Part shown: in pieces, positions 11,271 through 25,359 of the stretch
Position numbering within the stretch: the stretch's first letter is position 1
How the letters are laid out: each line of letters starts with the position of its first letter
Notes under the pieces: generated by a model
Databases searched by the model: none
Told to the model about the DNA's origin: nothing
Seen by the model: the letters and a program-made list of their open reading frames with translations, nothing else
DNA from: Octopus bimaculoides
Taxonomy: Eukaryota
Direction of reading: 5' to 3'
DNA: 64,000 nt
Assembly: GCF_001194135.2 (NCBI RefSeq)
Contig: NC_068989.1
Location: forward strand, 39,244,642-39,308,641
Program-made: the position numbers and the translations under genes

Positions 11271-12175
11271 CATCCTGTTCACTTTGAGCCCTAAAAATGG
11301 GCTATGTGGCTAGCTTCCCCAGGGTTTGAACTTTGAAGATATAGTAGATGAATCTAAATTTGGTAATGCATTAAGATAGGTTTGTCTGAGACTCTCATTT
11401 GTGCTATTCACCCTCACCCAATTGGGAAATATCTACTAACAAGTATCCATTCTCACAGTTACAGTAAAATATAATTATTTGGAGTCTTTCACCTAAGAAA
11501 GACTGGTGTTAGTAGCTTTCTTTTTGTTTTGGAGGATTAGATTTTGTGCAGACTTAAATGAATGTGCATATCACTTTGTATGTGTATGTCTGTATGCATT
11601 TGTATTTAAATGTATATATGTGTGTATATGTGAGCAAGTATGTGTATATAGGCATATCTGTGTAATTCTATGCATTTGTATACATCTCTGAAAGCATAGG
11701 TATGTGTATGGAAGCATATGTATATATGTATGTGCATTTCTTTGTGTGTTTAATGTTCACAGAATTTTCAATGCTTCATAAAATCTGATCTAAGAATAAG
11801 AAATTATTTATATCAAAAAGAAAAAAAAAAGAAAAAATGAAATTATAATTGTGAAATTCCAGAGAAGTCTGCAAAATTTTGCAGTATTTTCTTTAAGTGC
11901 AGCAAGTGTGCAGTTAGTTAATGCTGCCAGTTTCAGAAGATGAAATTATTATAGAACCAAATTTTTAATAAATGAAATATGCCTATATAACTAAGGGAAA
12001 CTAGGAATATACTTTTATAATTCATTACAGTTCCAAAATCTTTATCTTTAATTACATATGGGCAATACATGTATCTTCTGCATTTGTGTGTGTGTGTGTG
12101 TGAGGGATTATTGAGAGAGATAAAAATATATATACAGACCTACTGATACATATATGCATATATCACAAAAATGAA

Positions 12176-12243
<68 letters not shown>

Positions 12244-13918
12244 AGTATGTATTTTTAGAGCAAGATAAAAGATGAAATAGCTGAAGGAAAATTATCATTC
12301 AATTTTTGAAATTAATTAAAATCTACAGCAGCAACAACTTCAATCAAATAAAGAACAAAACAAACAAATTAATGAGCAAATAATTAAGCCACACAACAGT
12401 CTCTATCTAATTAAACTTTACTGTGAGAATATTGGAAACTTATTTGGATTTCAGGTTACTTTTGCTTGCTCTCCTGTGTATATGGGAGCACAATGATTAT
12501 TTTTCATTATTAATTAGTGCAATTTTCATCATCGTCATTGACATCATTATTATAATCATCTAAATTTGTCATGGTTTTTTCATTAATCATCTTCATTAAA
12601 ATTACAATTACTTGTCATTATTCTCATCATCATCTTGTTATCATCAGCATTGCCTCTCATTCATTGGCATTGCCATCAGCATCATTACTGTAATTGACTT
12701 CATCATCATCTTCTCTACTATCATTAACCCAAAGGTTGTTGTAGGCCTCTTGATAATTGTTCCCACCATCGACACAACCCTGCCAGCTACAATGTTTGTA
12801 TTCATTATCCTCTTTCGTGCTATTTCTTGTTTATCATCATTACATTGTCATTATAGCCCTCATCAATATCATTCTAATCATCATAATCATCTAATCCAAA
12901 AGAGATGCTTTTTTTTTTTTTCGATATGTCATTTGAAATTCAAAGTAATAACTAGTTAAAGCATATCATGTTTAAGGAAAATTTATTTCTAAGCTGTAAA
13001 TAAAACATCGCTCAGAAGTGAATATTCCAAAAGAGCCCTATTTTCCTCCTGCATCTTTCTGTTAAACTCTTGATATTAAAGCCTATTATTATTGAAGTCC
13101 GCACATCATTCTGTTTAAACCTCTTTTGATATTAAGGCTATCTCTTATTATTAATGCAAGTACATCTTGATGTCAAATCTTCCGAAGTCAATACTATCCT
13201 ATTTGGTTGAAGAGAATTGTTACAAAGTTTCCAGAAGATAGATATGAGCAATCCTCTTACTATATTATATAACTTTAACCTCAAAACTAATCACATTTAT
13301 AATAATCATTTAAAGTATTAAAAGACTATTGCAGATGATATTACTAGATTTAACTAATTATCTTGTCCTTGTTCTTTAGAAGTTAAAGACACAAAGAACA
13401 GTCTGCAGAAGAGGTATTTAAAATTTTAGAAGCTGATCTTAAGAATTCAGTAAATTCTTGGCATCATTCAGAATTCAAATATGAGTTTCCAACAGAACTG
13501 CACTGCTGTGTAAGTTGTGTATCAATGGGAAAATGAAAGCTTGACAGTAAGAAAATCTGTCATAATGAAGAGAAAGGTTCCCTAGAAACTTCTGTCAGTA
13601 AGAATGATGCTTGTATGTGTCAGAAGAGGGTAGATTTAATTTTTTTTTTCATACAACAATATTAATAAGTTAAAAAAAGAACTAACAAATATGTCTCCTA
13701 CTATGTGGAATATACAATACATTATATACTGCTTTTACTAGTCATTAACTAAGTACTATAGCAAACATAGATATATCAAAGATATTGATTAGACATTCAG
13801 ATAGTGTGTTGGCTGCATGCAAGAGGTCTTCATTTGATTATACTTAATGTCATAATTAAGTGCATCCAACATTGAGTGTGTGTGTGTGTGTGTTTCTACA
13901 CATACACACATACATGTA

Positions 13919-13975
<57 letters not shown>

Positions 13976-14510
13976 TGACAAAAATTACAAGCCAAGTAGC
14001 CAACCAAAGAACAAAGTAAGTACTTTCAAATGTGCTTGATTATATTTAATAATTGAAGAGTTCAAGTGAGCCAAAGTAAAACGAGACAAAAACAAGAAAA
14101 TACACACAAATTCCAAAATAATAGTTTAGTAACCAATCATCTAACAAGAAAAAATAACATTCAAACAAACGAGATCTATTTGTAATCAGCCAAGAACAAG
14201 GAGGACTTTACAAAAAAAAAATTTAAGAAAATACTAAAGAGATTTTTAACATTAATTGAAGGAGTTTCAGCAATCATCATTCTTACAATGATGATGATGA
14301 TGATGATGTGGATGATAATGATGATGTCAAGTAAAAAAAAACCACACATACACACCAAGTGATGTGTGAAGGTGTATGAACAAACTTGCTGCAGCAAATA
14401 ATTACATAATAAAACATCGTTTGCTCTTATAAAAATTAGTGTTTACCCATAATTTGTGAGGATAAACAGAAAAGGTTGATGTTGTCTGAGTTGCTATTAA
14501 GAAAACTCAA

Positions 14511-14567
<57 letters not shown>

Positions 14568-16007
14568 ATCCATACATCCATATATATATACATACATGCA
14601 TACACACACATATATATACACATACATATATACATATATATACACACATATATATAAACACACATTTACACACACACTCACACATACACACACATATATG
14701 TATGCATGTATGTATATATATATAATTCATCCTGACGGTCATTTCTCCAACCATAATTGAGTTGTATGGAAGACATTTTGATTCTATCATAGATGATTTG
14801 TATCATTGTGAATTAGACAGATAACTTAATAATGATATGTTTCAACATTTTAGAGAAAGTTATATTCAACTACACCAATACACATACACACACATAGATA
14901 TATCTAACTGGAAAAGAATATGATCACTCCCTTCTTAAGGAGAGACAAAGATTGACTCTCCAGTGCTAGACAACAATGCAAAAATAAGAAGATAAAAGGA
15001 TTTAAGAAGTATTTTATCTCATTTCCTTAGGAAAATTCAAAGACTTTTTATATCCGTATATAAATAAATAAAAGATACTTCCATTACTCCCAATTTTTCA
15101 TTTTTATCATTTGTATGTATGCAGATATATAGATATATATATATGCATGCTTGTGTGAACATACATATATGAGTGTGTGTATGTATATATGCAAATGTGT
15201 AAGTATATGTCTCTCTGTCTCAATAGCTATTTATCTGTATGTATGTGTGCACTTATATATATATATATATGTAAAGAAGTTTGTATATATTAATATGTAT
15301 GTAGATAGATAGATAGATAGATATGCTTGCTAACATATATGTGTACATGTGTGCGCACACACATATATATATATATACCTGAAAACATGCATACACACAC
15401 AGAACCACAACACACACACACACATACACACACACACACACACATATTCTGTAACTTACCATCTATTTTCCATGCCTTCTATAATCTGATATTCATATTT
15501 ATATTACAAATAATATATATACTGAATTGCATTTGTTTGTCAAGGGAGTTGATCTAAGACTGCATGTAGACAGTCAGAGACTCATCCTTTATTAAACTAA
15601 CTACACAACACAGTAAAGTTGCTTTGATCTACCAAAGTTAAGATATTTCCAGTTCAAAGCCGTTATACTTGGCTAATTTCAAACATTCCAGATAGAGACG
15701 TTGTTATTTGGTCCCAACTATTAGTAATTAGTTTTGTCCTTATTTTTGACATTGGTATTTGGTCAGTTTGATTTAGAGTATCAGATGGTATATACTGTAC
15801 AGTCCCATAATATGGTTATTGCTGTTTTCTACATCAGCTCACACCAGTTTTTAATTTGGTTGAAGAACAAAATATCAGTAGATTTTCCAGTGGAGATATT
15901 GAGTAACTATCTAATGTCTGTATTGATATACACAAAAAGTTATTCAGAGATGATTAACTGTAGTGCTGTTTCTTTGAATTAAATGCAGCATGGACTATTA
16001 TGTAATA

Positions 16008-16240
16008 GGTGCAGGCATGTTTGAGTAATTATGAAGTTTGCTCCACAACCTCATGGCTTGGGGATCGGAGCTGCTATGCAGCACTTAGGGTAAGAGTCTT
16101 CTAGTATAACGCTAGGTTGATCAATGCTCTGTGCAGGAATTTGGATGATGGAAACCACAGTGCATGCACACACATATGCACACATGCGCACACACACACA
16201 CACACACACGTGGGTATGTGTGCGTGTTTGTCATAATGTC
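16008..16240 (+). mobile_element. SINE B/D-type head with internal (CA)/(TG) microsatellite, decayed
   Basis: aggtgcaggcatg...gcacttagggtaagagtcttctagtataac aligns to the minus strand of 42620-42791. Confidence 0.6.
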
Positions 16241-16249
16241 AACTTAACC

Positions 16250-16312
16250 ACCAGTTTGTTTAAGCAGTGACAGTGTTGATGTTCACCATTGTTACTATTT
16301 AAGCAAACTGGT
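16250..16312 (+). other. 63-nt hairpin with a 29-bp stem (4 G.U, 2 mismatches) and 5-nt loop
   Basis: accagtttgtttaagcagtgacagtgttg-atgtt-caccattgttactatttaagcaaactggt. Confidence 0.6.
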
Positions 16313-16679
16313 AGGGACTAGTGGGAAATTGATACTTATCTGCTGTTTAGAGAGATAGGGACTTGATATTTATTTGCTCTGTTTTAGTGCTGGGGTTCGA
16401 TGTTCATTTGATGTTTTGAGGTTAGGGACTTGATATTTATCTTCCTTCTTATTTCTCAGTTGATTTATCATCTTTATTGCTCCACTTTGGTTTTTAAAAA
16501 AAATCATATCTTTTATGATGGGAGGCTTCTCCTGAATTTAGATTGACCTTTCATCTATTTTTCAGTAGAATTGTGAGGATTTGGTTTAGGATATTGTTAA
16601 AGAGAAAAACCATTTGCAAATATTTTATACTTGTTTCTGCTGTATTAGTTTAATAAATCTTTCCAGCAGGAATGTCATA

Positions 16680-16870
16680 ATTCCATGTCCATGTTCTATG
16701 TTGGCATGTATTAGATGGTTTGACAAGATTTTATAGGTTCAAAACTGCACCATGCTTCAGTATCTACTTTGGCATAGTTTTTATGGTAAGGTGTCCTTCC
16801 GAATGTCAAACATTTTTCAGAGTTTACTAGATGCTTTTTTCATACCACCAGCACTGGTGAGGTCACAGCT
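16680..16870 (-). mobile_element. RTE-type 3' tail fragment
   Basis: ttctatgttggcatg...gtgtccttccgaatgtcaaac...gatgctttttcataccacc. Confidence 0.55.
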
Positions 16871-17782
16871 GGCAAGACTACGAAACTTAAGGGTGAAGCT
16901 TTATACTAGAAGGTAAGGAACAAAAGCATGGGAGAAGGGATCGGAGTAGAACAGGTTTCTTGCTGTAGAAGGACTACATAACTACTCACAGAAGAGAAGT
17001 TTCCCACATCAGAGTTTCTTATCAGTTCCAAACTCTACAAGTTTTCAGGGGAACCTCATGGGAAGTTGGTCTCTTCATATTTTTACTTTCTAAGCATGAG
17101 TTGTTGCTATGAAGAATGCCCCAGTCATTTCCAATTGAACAAATCATAGGTATGTTGGTAGTTGGCCAAACAACTAAACATGAAACAGATTTACTGTCCA
17201 AGTCATACCATACTTCCACCAAGTTGAAAGCCATAAGGCGCCATCTAACATGCAACAAAGGAATTCTATAGCAGAGGCAGAGGTTTTATTTAAGGATTTC
17301 ACTTTCCTCTTTGGTACAATATTGGAAAAATGTTTAAAATTATTTTTATTATTTTATGTTTCTTATGTTTCTGAAGTCAAAGTCTACTGCAATCAGTTTT
17401 GCTTTTTATCCTTCTGGGATCAAAAAATAAGTGTCAGTAATGTCCTGGGATCAGTCACATTGTTTACACTTTTTGACCCAAAATAATTTGTATTTTTATG
17501 ATCTGTGATATTTAATTATGTGCCTAGATATTCTAAGTTCAAAACCTACTGGGGCTAACTTTGCATTTTATCATTATAATATTAATGAGTCAAGTAGTAG
17601 TCATTTACTGAGATTCATTATATTGGAGGTGTAACCTAATGTCACTATTATAAATAATTATTATTATTTCACATAACCCCCACCCTCACACCATAGATAA
17701 AATATTTTGAAGTTTCTGCAATTTTTGCTTTTCTGAGATAATCAGTGTGTGTGTGTGTGTGTGTGTGCATATTATATATATA

Positions 17783-17842
<60 letters not shown>

Positions 17843-18235
17843 TACACAGAGACAGATATGTAAAGTTTAACCACTTAGATAATACATCATCATTTGATAA
17901 TTTAATAGAAATCACAATTACATTGAAGTCAAGACACTAATAAAGTGCAATAATTATACCATTGTCAGGCCTGTTGAAACATTTCATATTATATACTTTT
18001 CCAATATTAGCCCACATACATTATATNNNNNNNNNNNNNNNNNNNNNNNNNNNNNNNNNNNNNNNNNNNNNNNNNNNNNNNNNNNNNNNNNNNNNNNNNN
18101 NNNNNNNNNNNNNNNNNNNNNNNNNNNNNNNNNNNNNNNNNNNNNNNNNNNNNNNNNNNNNNNNNNNNNNNNNNNNNNNNNNNNNNNNNNNNNNNNNNNN
18201 NNGTATATACCTATATATTTATGTATACATATATA

Positions 18236-18291
<56 letters not shown>

Positions 18292-18779
18292 TGTGTGTTT
18301 GTTTATATATATATCTATTATGATTCTGCTTACTAGTAATGATATTAATAATCATACATATGTATTAACTAGTATATAGCAAATAGTAATAATAAGGCTG
18401 GTTGAATTAATTTCATCAAAATATTGGCGTTGCTCATGAGTATTTCAGAAATTTCTGCCAATGTTAATGTCAAAATATACTGGATTATTTGTTATGAATA
18501 AAAGAAATGAAAAGAAACAGAAGAAAATAAATAGATTTTTAAAGAAACAAAATAGAAAATAAAAATCGTTTCCTTACTGAGAATACACACACAACACACA
18601 TGCATGCATACACACACACACACACACGCACACACAGAGGGAAATAGATATAAGCACACATACACATATATATATACATGTATCAATCCATTGCTGTCTT
18701 CTTAGACAAATAACTTCTGTTGGCAAAAAATTATTTGTATGTTAAGTTTATTTAAGCATGCCCAGGTTTGTGTGTATCA

Positions 18780-18810
<31 letters not shown>

Positions 18811-19444
18811 AGAAACATGTCTGCATGTACAAAGTAAATTATAAATTTACAGCTAAAATTTTAACATGAAGAATACCAAACACTATAAATCTCTATATAT
18901 CAAATCAATGAAAGAACAAAAGATATGCTGTAAAAGAGTATTGAACCACAAATGTTTCATTAACCAAGCAAGCAAATCTGCTAGTTATTACACTACACTG
19001 ACTTTACACTTCATTGCTGTTGTTTATAATTGTGTACCATTTACTATATTTGCGTCATTGGTGTAGACCAGTGAATTAATTTGAGTTCCATTAAACAAAT
19101 CACTGGATATTTAATTAACCAATTTAGTACCATATCATTCATAATTTCTGATGACACATGTGGGTTAATATTGGAAGAGATTATAATACCCAAGGTTTCA
19201 ACAGGTCTGACATCGGAGAGATCTATTGCACATTATACTGCCATAAGAGCCTTGACTTCAATGTATTAAATGATAATCTATTATCATATTAGTTACATTT
19301 AACCTATTATTTACATGGTGAAAAGAATGAAGCTGATGCTTACAAGCAAGATTTATGAGTGCTGTGTATGTATTTGTCCACGTGTCTTTTGATTAGTATA
19401 CAATATAGTGTTTTGTATCTTCATTTTATAGTAGAATTTCATTA

Positions 19445-20050
19445 CCATTGTTATTATCATCATCATCAATCTTACATGCTTTTTTTTCCATACTGGTATG
19501 GGTTAGACAAAACATTTTGAAGCAGATATTATTCAGTTGAGTGTTCTTCCTCCTACTAACAATTGCTTGTTTTCCAAGTAAGGTAGTTTTTCACTACATC
19601 ATTCCTAAACTACTGAATTAGATTGAGAACATTTGTACACTCGGGAAGTCAACAATGTCATTGTCTTTTGCTCCTTTAAAGCTTATGAGGACATTCATAC
19701 ACACATGCACATCAAAGCTTTACTGTTCAGTTTTCTATGCAAGCATGGGTCAGATGGAATTTGTTGAGGTAAATTTTCTACAGCCAGATATCCTTTTTGC
19801 CACCAAGTTGTACCTGTACCCAATCAAGGTAATATTTCTCCATGCCCAATAACATTTTTCTCAGAAGATAAGAAATAAATGACACTCATTTATAGCCATC
19901 AGACAACACACACACACACACACATGCATACATTCACACAATAGATTCCCTTGTAGTTTCCATCCACCAGTTCCACTTAGAAGGCATTGGTCTGCATGGC
20001 AGTAGGACTGAACCTGAAACCACATGCTGGAAATGGGAACTCCATAACCA
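19445..20050 (-). mobile_element. Two RTE-tailed SINE D copies (19445-19660 partial; 19735-20050 with head and internal (CA)n)
   Basis: atgggtcagatggaatttgttgaggtaaattttctacagcc tail; ggactgaacctgaaaccacatg head motif. Confidence 0.6.
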
Positions 20051-21324
20051 TCCAGCTATATAGTGATCTGTTTATTAATCCTATACTTATTGGTAAATGC
20101 TGTTAAGAAATAATGCATTATTTAAATTATCCCTCCAACTAAATTTCTCTGGGTTGAATATGATGTGCAGTCATGTTTAAGTGAGCTTTTGATTACTGAT
20201 AATATTTAAGTTGGTTCCTGATAAAGAAGACTTTAAATCTAAACTGAGTTGAGTTTTAGATATATACCTCAATTAGAGGGGACTTCATAAGGACTGAAGT
20301 TGTAAGTTGTTGCTTGAAAGTCCCAATTTGAAATCTGGAAATGAGTTCTGCACTGAAGTATCCATAAATATATTATTAGCATCAGTGAATTGATACAACC
20401 ACAAGGGAAATCACTTTTAAGAATGCTTAAAAATGCTAGGGATTTGTAGGAACCTCATAATTATATGGATACTTGCCACTGGATTAACCTATTTAACTGA
20501 CTGCCTTATTGTTCTCTTTATCAAGAGGCTGAAAGCATGATGCGTTTTGCCATGCTGTGCCAACAATCTTTATCCCCTATTAGCTTTGGTAGGTCCTCAG
20601 TTTCATGTTGTCTCTCTGTCAATAACATCAACGTCCACATATGAGTGGGGATAAATATCACTTCTCAATATTTATACTGCCTCTGTCTCTAATAAACACT
20701 TTTTAACTGGCTAATCATGACACCAGCACCTGTTCTGACACTATTATTCTATATATTTCTAGTGGGGAGATGAAATGCTCCTATTTCTAGTGGTCAAGCA
20801 TCCATCATTGACAAAACCAAGGAAGATCGAAATCATATGATCAAATGGAGGTGGCTGAAATTTATCTCCCTGCTAGTGATATAAACAAGAGTAAATTTTG
20901 CACCAAAAGCCAGTATGAGAGTTTTATCATGGTAACTACTGCAGTATATGTTCTAACAGAACCTCCACATTTGAGTGGGATAAATATTACCCCTCACCTT
21001 AGTTAAGTCCCTGCTAATAACATCAATATAGTCAAGTGGTCCTCATCAGTAGATATACACCCTGTCTAATTCTTATTATTTGCCAGAGTTTCCATGAGAT
21101 AGAATGGTAGATCTTTATTGAGTCCCCAGTGTGAGCATTTTGACAGTGCAATAAATATAACTTACTGAATGGCTTTAGCAAGTTTTAATTTCTTTTACCT
21201 TAAAATTTTCTTAGTGCCACTAAGTAAATTCACTATTATAAAGAATTCTTTGATTGCTTTGCATTTTAAAGAGTAATTAAGAATGCGCAATTTTATAGTT
21301 ATAAATTTCATTCTGTAAGTTAGT

Positions 21325-21460
21325 TTGCATTAGGAAGGGCATCCAGCTGTGGAAACCTTTCTAAAACTGAGACATTGGAACAAGACATGGTCTTCTGAAT
21401 ATTGGACCCTGTTGAACCATCTGACCCATGTCAGCATAGGAAGCAGGCACAAAATGATGA
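21325..21460 (+). mobile_element. RTE-type 3' tail
   Basis: ttaggaagggcatccagctgtggaaacc...ctgacccatgtcagcatagg...(ATG)n. Confidence 0.65.
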
Positions 21461-22100
21461 TAATGATGGTGTGGTGGTGGTGGTGGTGGTGATGACAGTG
21501 GCACTGATGTCAGTGGGATTGGTGGTGGCAATGAGGATGATGCTGATGATGTAAACATCTCCATCTGAAAAGTCAAAAATGCAGTTTTGATTTTTTTTTT
21601 TCTCATAGTGAAGTCTCTTATTCTTATAAAGATGTCAAACAGCTAGACAGAGAGATGATATGGAAAAAAAAATCCACCAACTTTATTATGTCTATTCCAA
21701 TGTTTTGTATACACATCAATAAGTGTATTTCAAATTTTCCATTGTAATTAATTGCTTTTTTTACCTTTGATTTTTCTCTGTTGCTAAATCTAATCAAACT
21801 GACCATAAAACAAGTTTGCAGCATTGTCACCTAACTTCCTAAGATGTTTTGTAAGTTGCTTAGGGAGTTGTAGAATTTCACTAGTCAATTCCTAATTACA
21901 GAAAAGTTTGGTTTATTCTTCTAATAAATTTAGATAAGCATAGTAATTCATGTACTACAAGAAAAATCTACAATTCCTCATATATAGAAAAGTACTTCTG
22001 TGCTACAGAAAAACAACAGTTGCTCTGACACTCATAACTCATCTTCTACATAGTAGCAAAGATCTGTACTGCAAATATCAATATGATTTGTATATGTATA

Positions 22101-22178
22101 TACTGCATTTTCCAGCATATAAGTGAAACTTTGCAGACCAAAATTTACAGCCAAAATAGGAGGTTGAGTTATACACCA
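22101..22178 (+). mobile_element. Possible Tc2/pogo-like TIR remnant
   Basis: TA|ctgcattttccagcatataag...ggaggttgagttatacacc resembles TA|CCGTATTTTCCGGCGTATAAG...GGGGTCGTCTTATACGCC termini recalled from this family; no partner end found. Confidence 0.35.
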
Positions 22179-22404
22179 AAACTACTTTGGAAGACCAAAA
22201 GTTTCATGTGAAATGCAGTAAGATTTGGAAAGATTGTGATGGTGTTTGAATGTTTACACTATATGTTCACATTATTTATCACAGTGACTTGTATGCTGGA
22301 AAGTATGGTATGTATATGTGTGTAAGTAAGTGTGTGTATTTGAACTGTCATCGTGGATGACAAAGTGGATGCCAGACTCATCCAAAACAAACATTCAAGA
22401 GGTT

Positions 22405-22435
<31 letters not shown>

Positions 22436-23077
22436 NNNNNNNNNNNNNNNNNNNNNNNNNNNNNNNNNNNNNNNNNNNNNNNNNNNNNNNNNNNNNNNNN
22501 NNNNNNNNNNNNNNNNNNNNNNNNNNNNNNNNNNNNNNNNNNNNNNNNNNNNNNNNNNNNNNNNNNNNNNNNNNNNNNNNNNNNNNNNNNNNNNNNNNNN
22601 NNNNNNNNNNNNNNNNNNNNNNNNNNNNNNNNNNNNNNNNNNNNNNNNNNNNNNNNNNNNNNNNNNNNNNNNNNNNNNNNNNNNNNNNNNNNNNNNNNNN
22701 NNNNNNNNNNNNNNNNNNNNNNNNNNNNNNNNNNNNNNNNNNNNNNNNNNNNNNNNNNNNNNNNNNNNNNNNNNNNNNNNNNNNNNNNNNNNNNNNNNNN
22801 NNNNNNNNNNNNNNNNNNNNNNNNNNNNNNNNNNNNNNNNNNNNNNNNNNNNNNNNNNNNNNNNNNNNNNNNNNNNNNNNNTTATATTCCTGCAGAACTA
22901 ATGTGGGGTATAGAATATGGAATATACAATATATAATATAATATACAATATATAATATAAAATAAAATAAAAATGGATGGCACCATGAAATAAAGTATTG
23001 AATGTAGATGAAATATTGAGTGTTCAATATAAAGGATCAAATATATAAATATATAAATATAAATATATATATATAAA

Positions 23078-23117
23078 GGCGACTCGAGTTTCAGGGCTAT
23101 TTCCCTTCGTCATGGCC
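23078..23117 (-). ncRNA. Minimal type-I hammerhead ribozyme (Penelope/retrozyme-type) with one extra A in the core
   Basis: Minus strand GGC-C(A)UGACGA-AGGG-aaauag-CCCU-GAAAC-ucga-GUC-GCC: stem I GGC/GCC, stem II AGGG/CCCU, palindromic stem III ACUCGAGU, GUC cleavage triplet. Confidence 0.75.
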
Positions 23118-23664
23118 GGTATGACAATCTTTACCGTCATCAACAACAACATCATGTATCATCTATGTACTATGCTGATATGAGTTGGGCGGTTTGATTG
23201 GATCCAATGTGTCTAAGGACTGCATCAGGCTCCAATGTTTGCTTTCATGTAGTTTTTATGGTTGGAAGCCCTTTCTAACACTCACCAATGATATACTGGC
23301 TGAGTTGTTAGAGTATCAGATGAAATGTTTCCATGTATTTGTTCCAACTCTGCACTCTGAGTTCAAATCCAGAAAGTCCAACTTTACCTTTTACCCTTTT
23401 GAGATCAATGAAAAATTAAATACTAATTTGAAGTGAGGAATTGGCATAACTGTGAAAATATTGAAACAGATGCCTTGCAATATTTGTTCCATTGCTTTTT
23501 GTTCTCAGTTCAATCCCTCCATAGCCTACATTGGTGATAAAATTAACCCATTGCCCAGTTTGACATACCTGACATCTTGAATGCATTTGGCAGAGTTTGA
23601 CACTGTGGCAAGCATTCCAGCCAGGTTTCCTTGAGGATGCTTTCCTTCTCCTTTCCCTCATCAT

Positions 23665-24075
23665 CATTATCATCATCATTTAACGTCCACTTTCCATGCT
23701 AGCATGGGTTAGATGGCTTGACTAGAGCTGGTAGGCTGGAGAGCTGCACCAGGTTCTAGTCTCAATTTGGTTTGGTTTCTGTAGTCGGATGCCCTTCCCA
23801 ATGCCAAGTGTGAGTGTGTAGTGAGTGACTTTTACATGTCACCAGCATGAGTGCTTTTGCATGTCACTGGCACAAATGTTACATGTCACTAGTAAACCAG
23901 CTGCGACTACGATTTTACTTGGCTTGGCAAGTCTTCTTAAGCACAGCAAATCACCAAAAGTCATGATCACGTATCATCGCCCCTGTGACACCCCACATTC
24001 GAAGATCATGCTGCACCACCTCCTCCCATGTCTTCCCAGGTCTACCTCTTCCACAGGTTCCCTCCACACTTATGT
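23665..24075 (-). mobile_element. RTE LINE 3' fragment (ORF end plus 3'UTR)
   Basis: VEGTCGRGRPGKTWEEVVQHDLRM..FAVLKKTCQAK*, then the RTE tail to (ATG)n. Confidence 0.85.
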
Positions 24076-24579
24076 CAGAGGTCCTGTAATAGGTCATGAT
24101 CACTGCTTTACTTCTGATTAAAATATGAAAAGTAACTTAGCAGTTTTATATAAAACCATATCATACAGAGATATATATACACATCATATATATATACATA
24201 CATTATACAGATATATATTTACATATACACACACATCATATATATATATACAATGATGATTTTACATGATGTAGTGTGTATGTACATATATGTATATAGC
24301 ATCCTCCTCATTTGTTTGCTTTCTATAAACACAGTATGTATCCTTACACACATATATACACACACATAGACACACACACACACACACACACACACAACCA
24401 TTATCACCATTTATTTCACTATATAAATGTCAATTTACAAAAACTGGAGACAAATTGCAGCTTTCAACTTTACAACTTTGACTTCAAAACTTAAGTCAAT
24501 ATTGTTATATAGCAGTGGAATCACCATCATCATTGGTAACAGTGGCACTATAAATAGCAGTAGTAGTAGTGGTAATAGT

Positions 24580-24616
<37 letters not shown>

Positions 24617-25046
24617 CACTTGTATTGACTAAAAGCATATATGATTAATTGGTGGCATGAATTTTATTAGAAAAGTAAGTAACAGGAAAAGGTAAAGAAA
24701 CTGGTTGATCTTTTACATGCTTTGGATCTTTGTGAGGAATATTGATTTCTCTTGTTTTTATTATGGTTGCTTTAACCACCGGTGGTGGCAGTGATGGTGG
24801 TGGTGGTGGCAGTGACGCCGACCATCATTACATTTTTTTTAGTGGCGCTAGTGATTTTTATTTAGTTAGAAGTGGGAGTGTGTTGTTTTTGTAACTAGTT
24901 TTTTATGCATTTTTTTAATATTAATCTTATTTTACATTTCTCTGTAGTGTTGTGATTTTGTCTAAATGATTGGTTTCTTCTATGTGTACAGTTTTTGTAT
25001 ATATCTTGGTATAATCAAAATAATATATACATATGACCAATAAAAT

Positions 25047-25078
<32 letters not shown>

Positions 25079-25088
25079 NNNNNNNNNN

Positions 25089-25138
<50 letters not shown>

Positions 25139-25298
25139 CCAATAGAAATTATATATATATATAATACTGATACAATAATGTATGGTACTAATAAAAATGA
25201 TATACATAAAACTAATATGTATGTGTGTGTGTATAAATAAATAGACACACACAACATACATATACATACATAAATATATCTATATATATATATACATT

Positions 25299-25337
<39 letters not shown>

Positions 25338-25359
25338 GTATACCAGCGCAGTTGTTTCT

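Noticed and set aside
13378-13640. Good acceptor (13378) and GTAAGT donor (13511) around a mostly open frame
   Set aside because: All three frames from that acceptor hit stops and the peptide matches nothing I recognise; RNA-seq would be needed.
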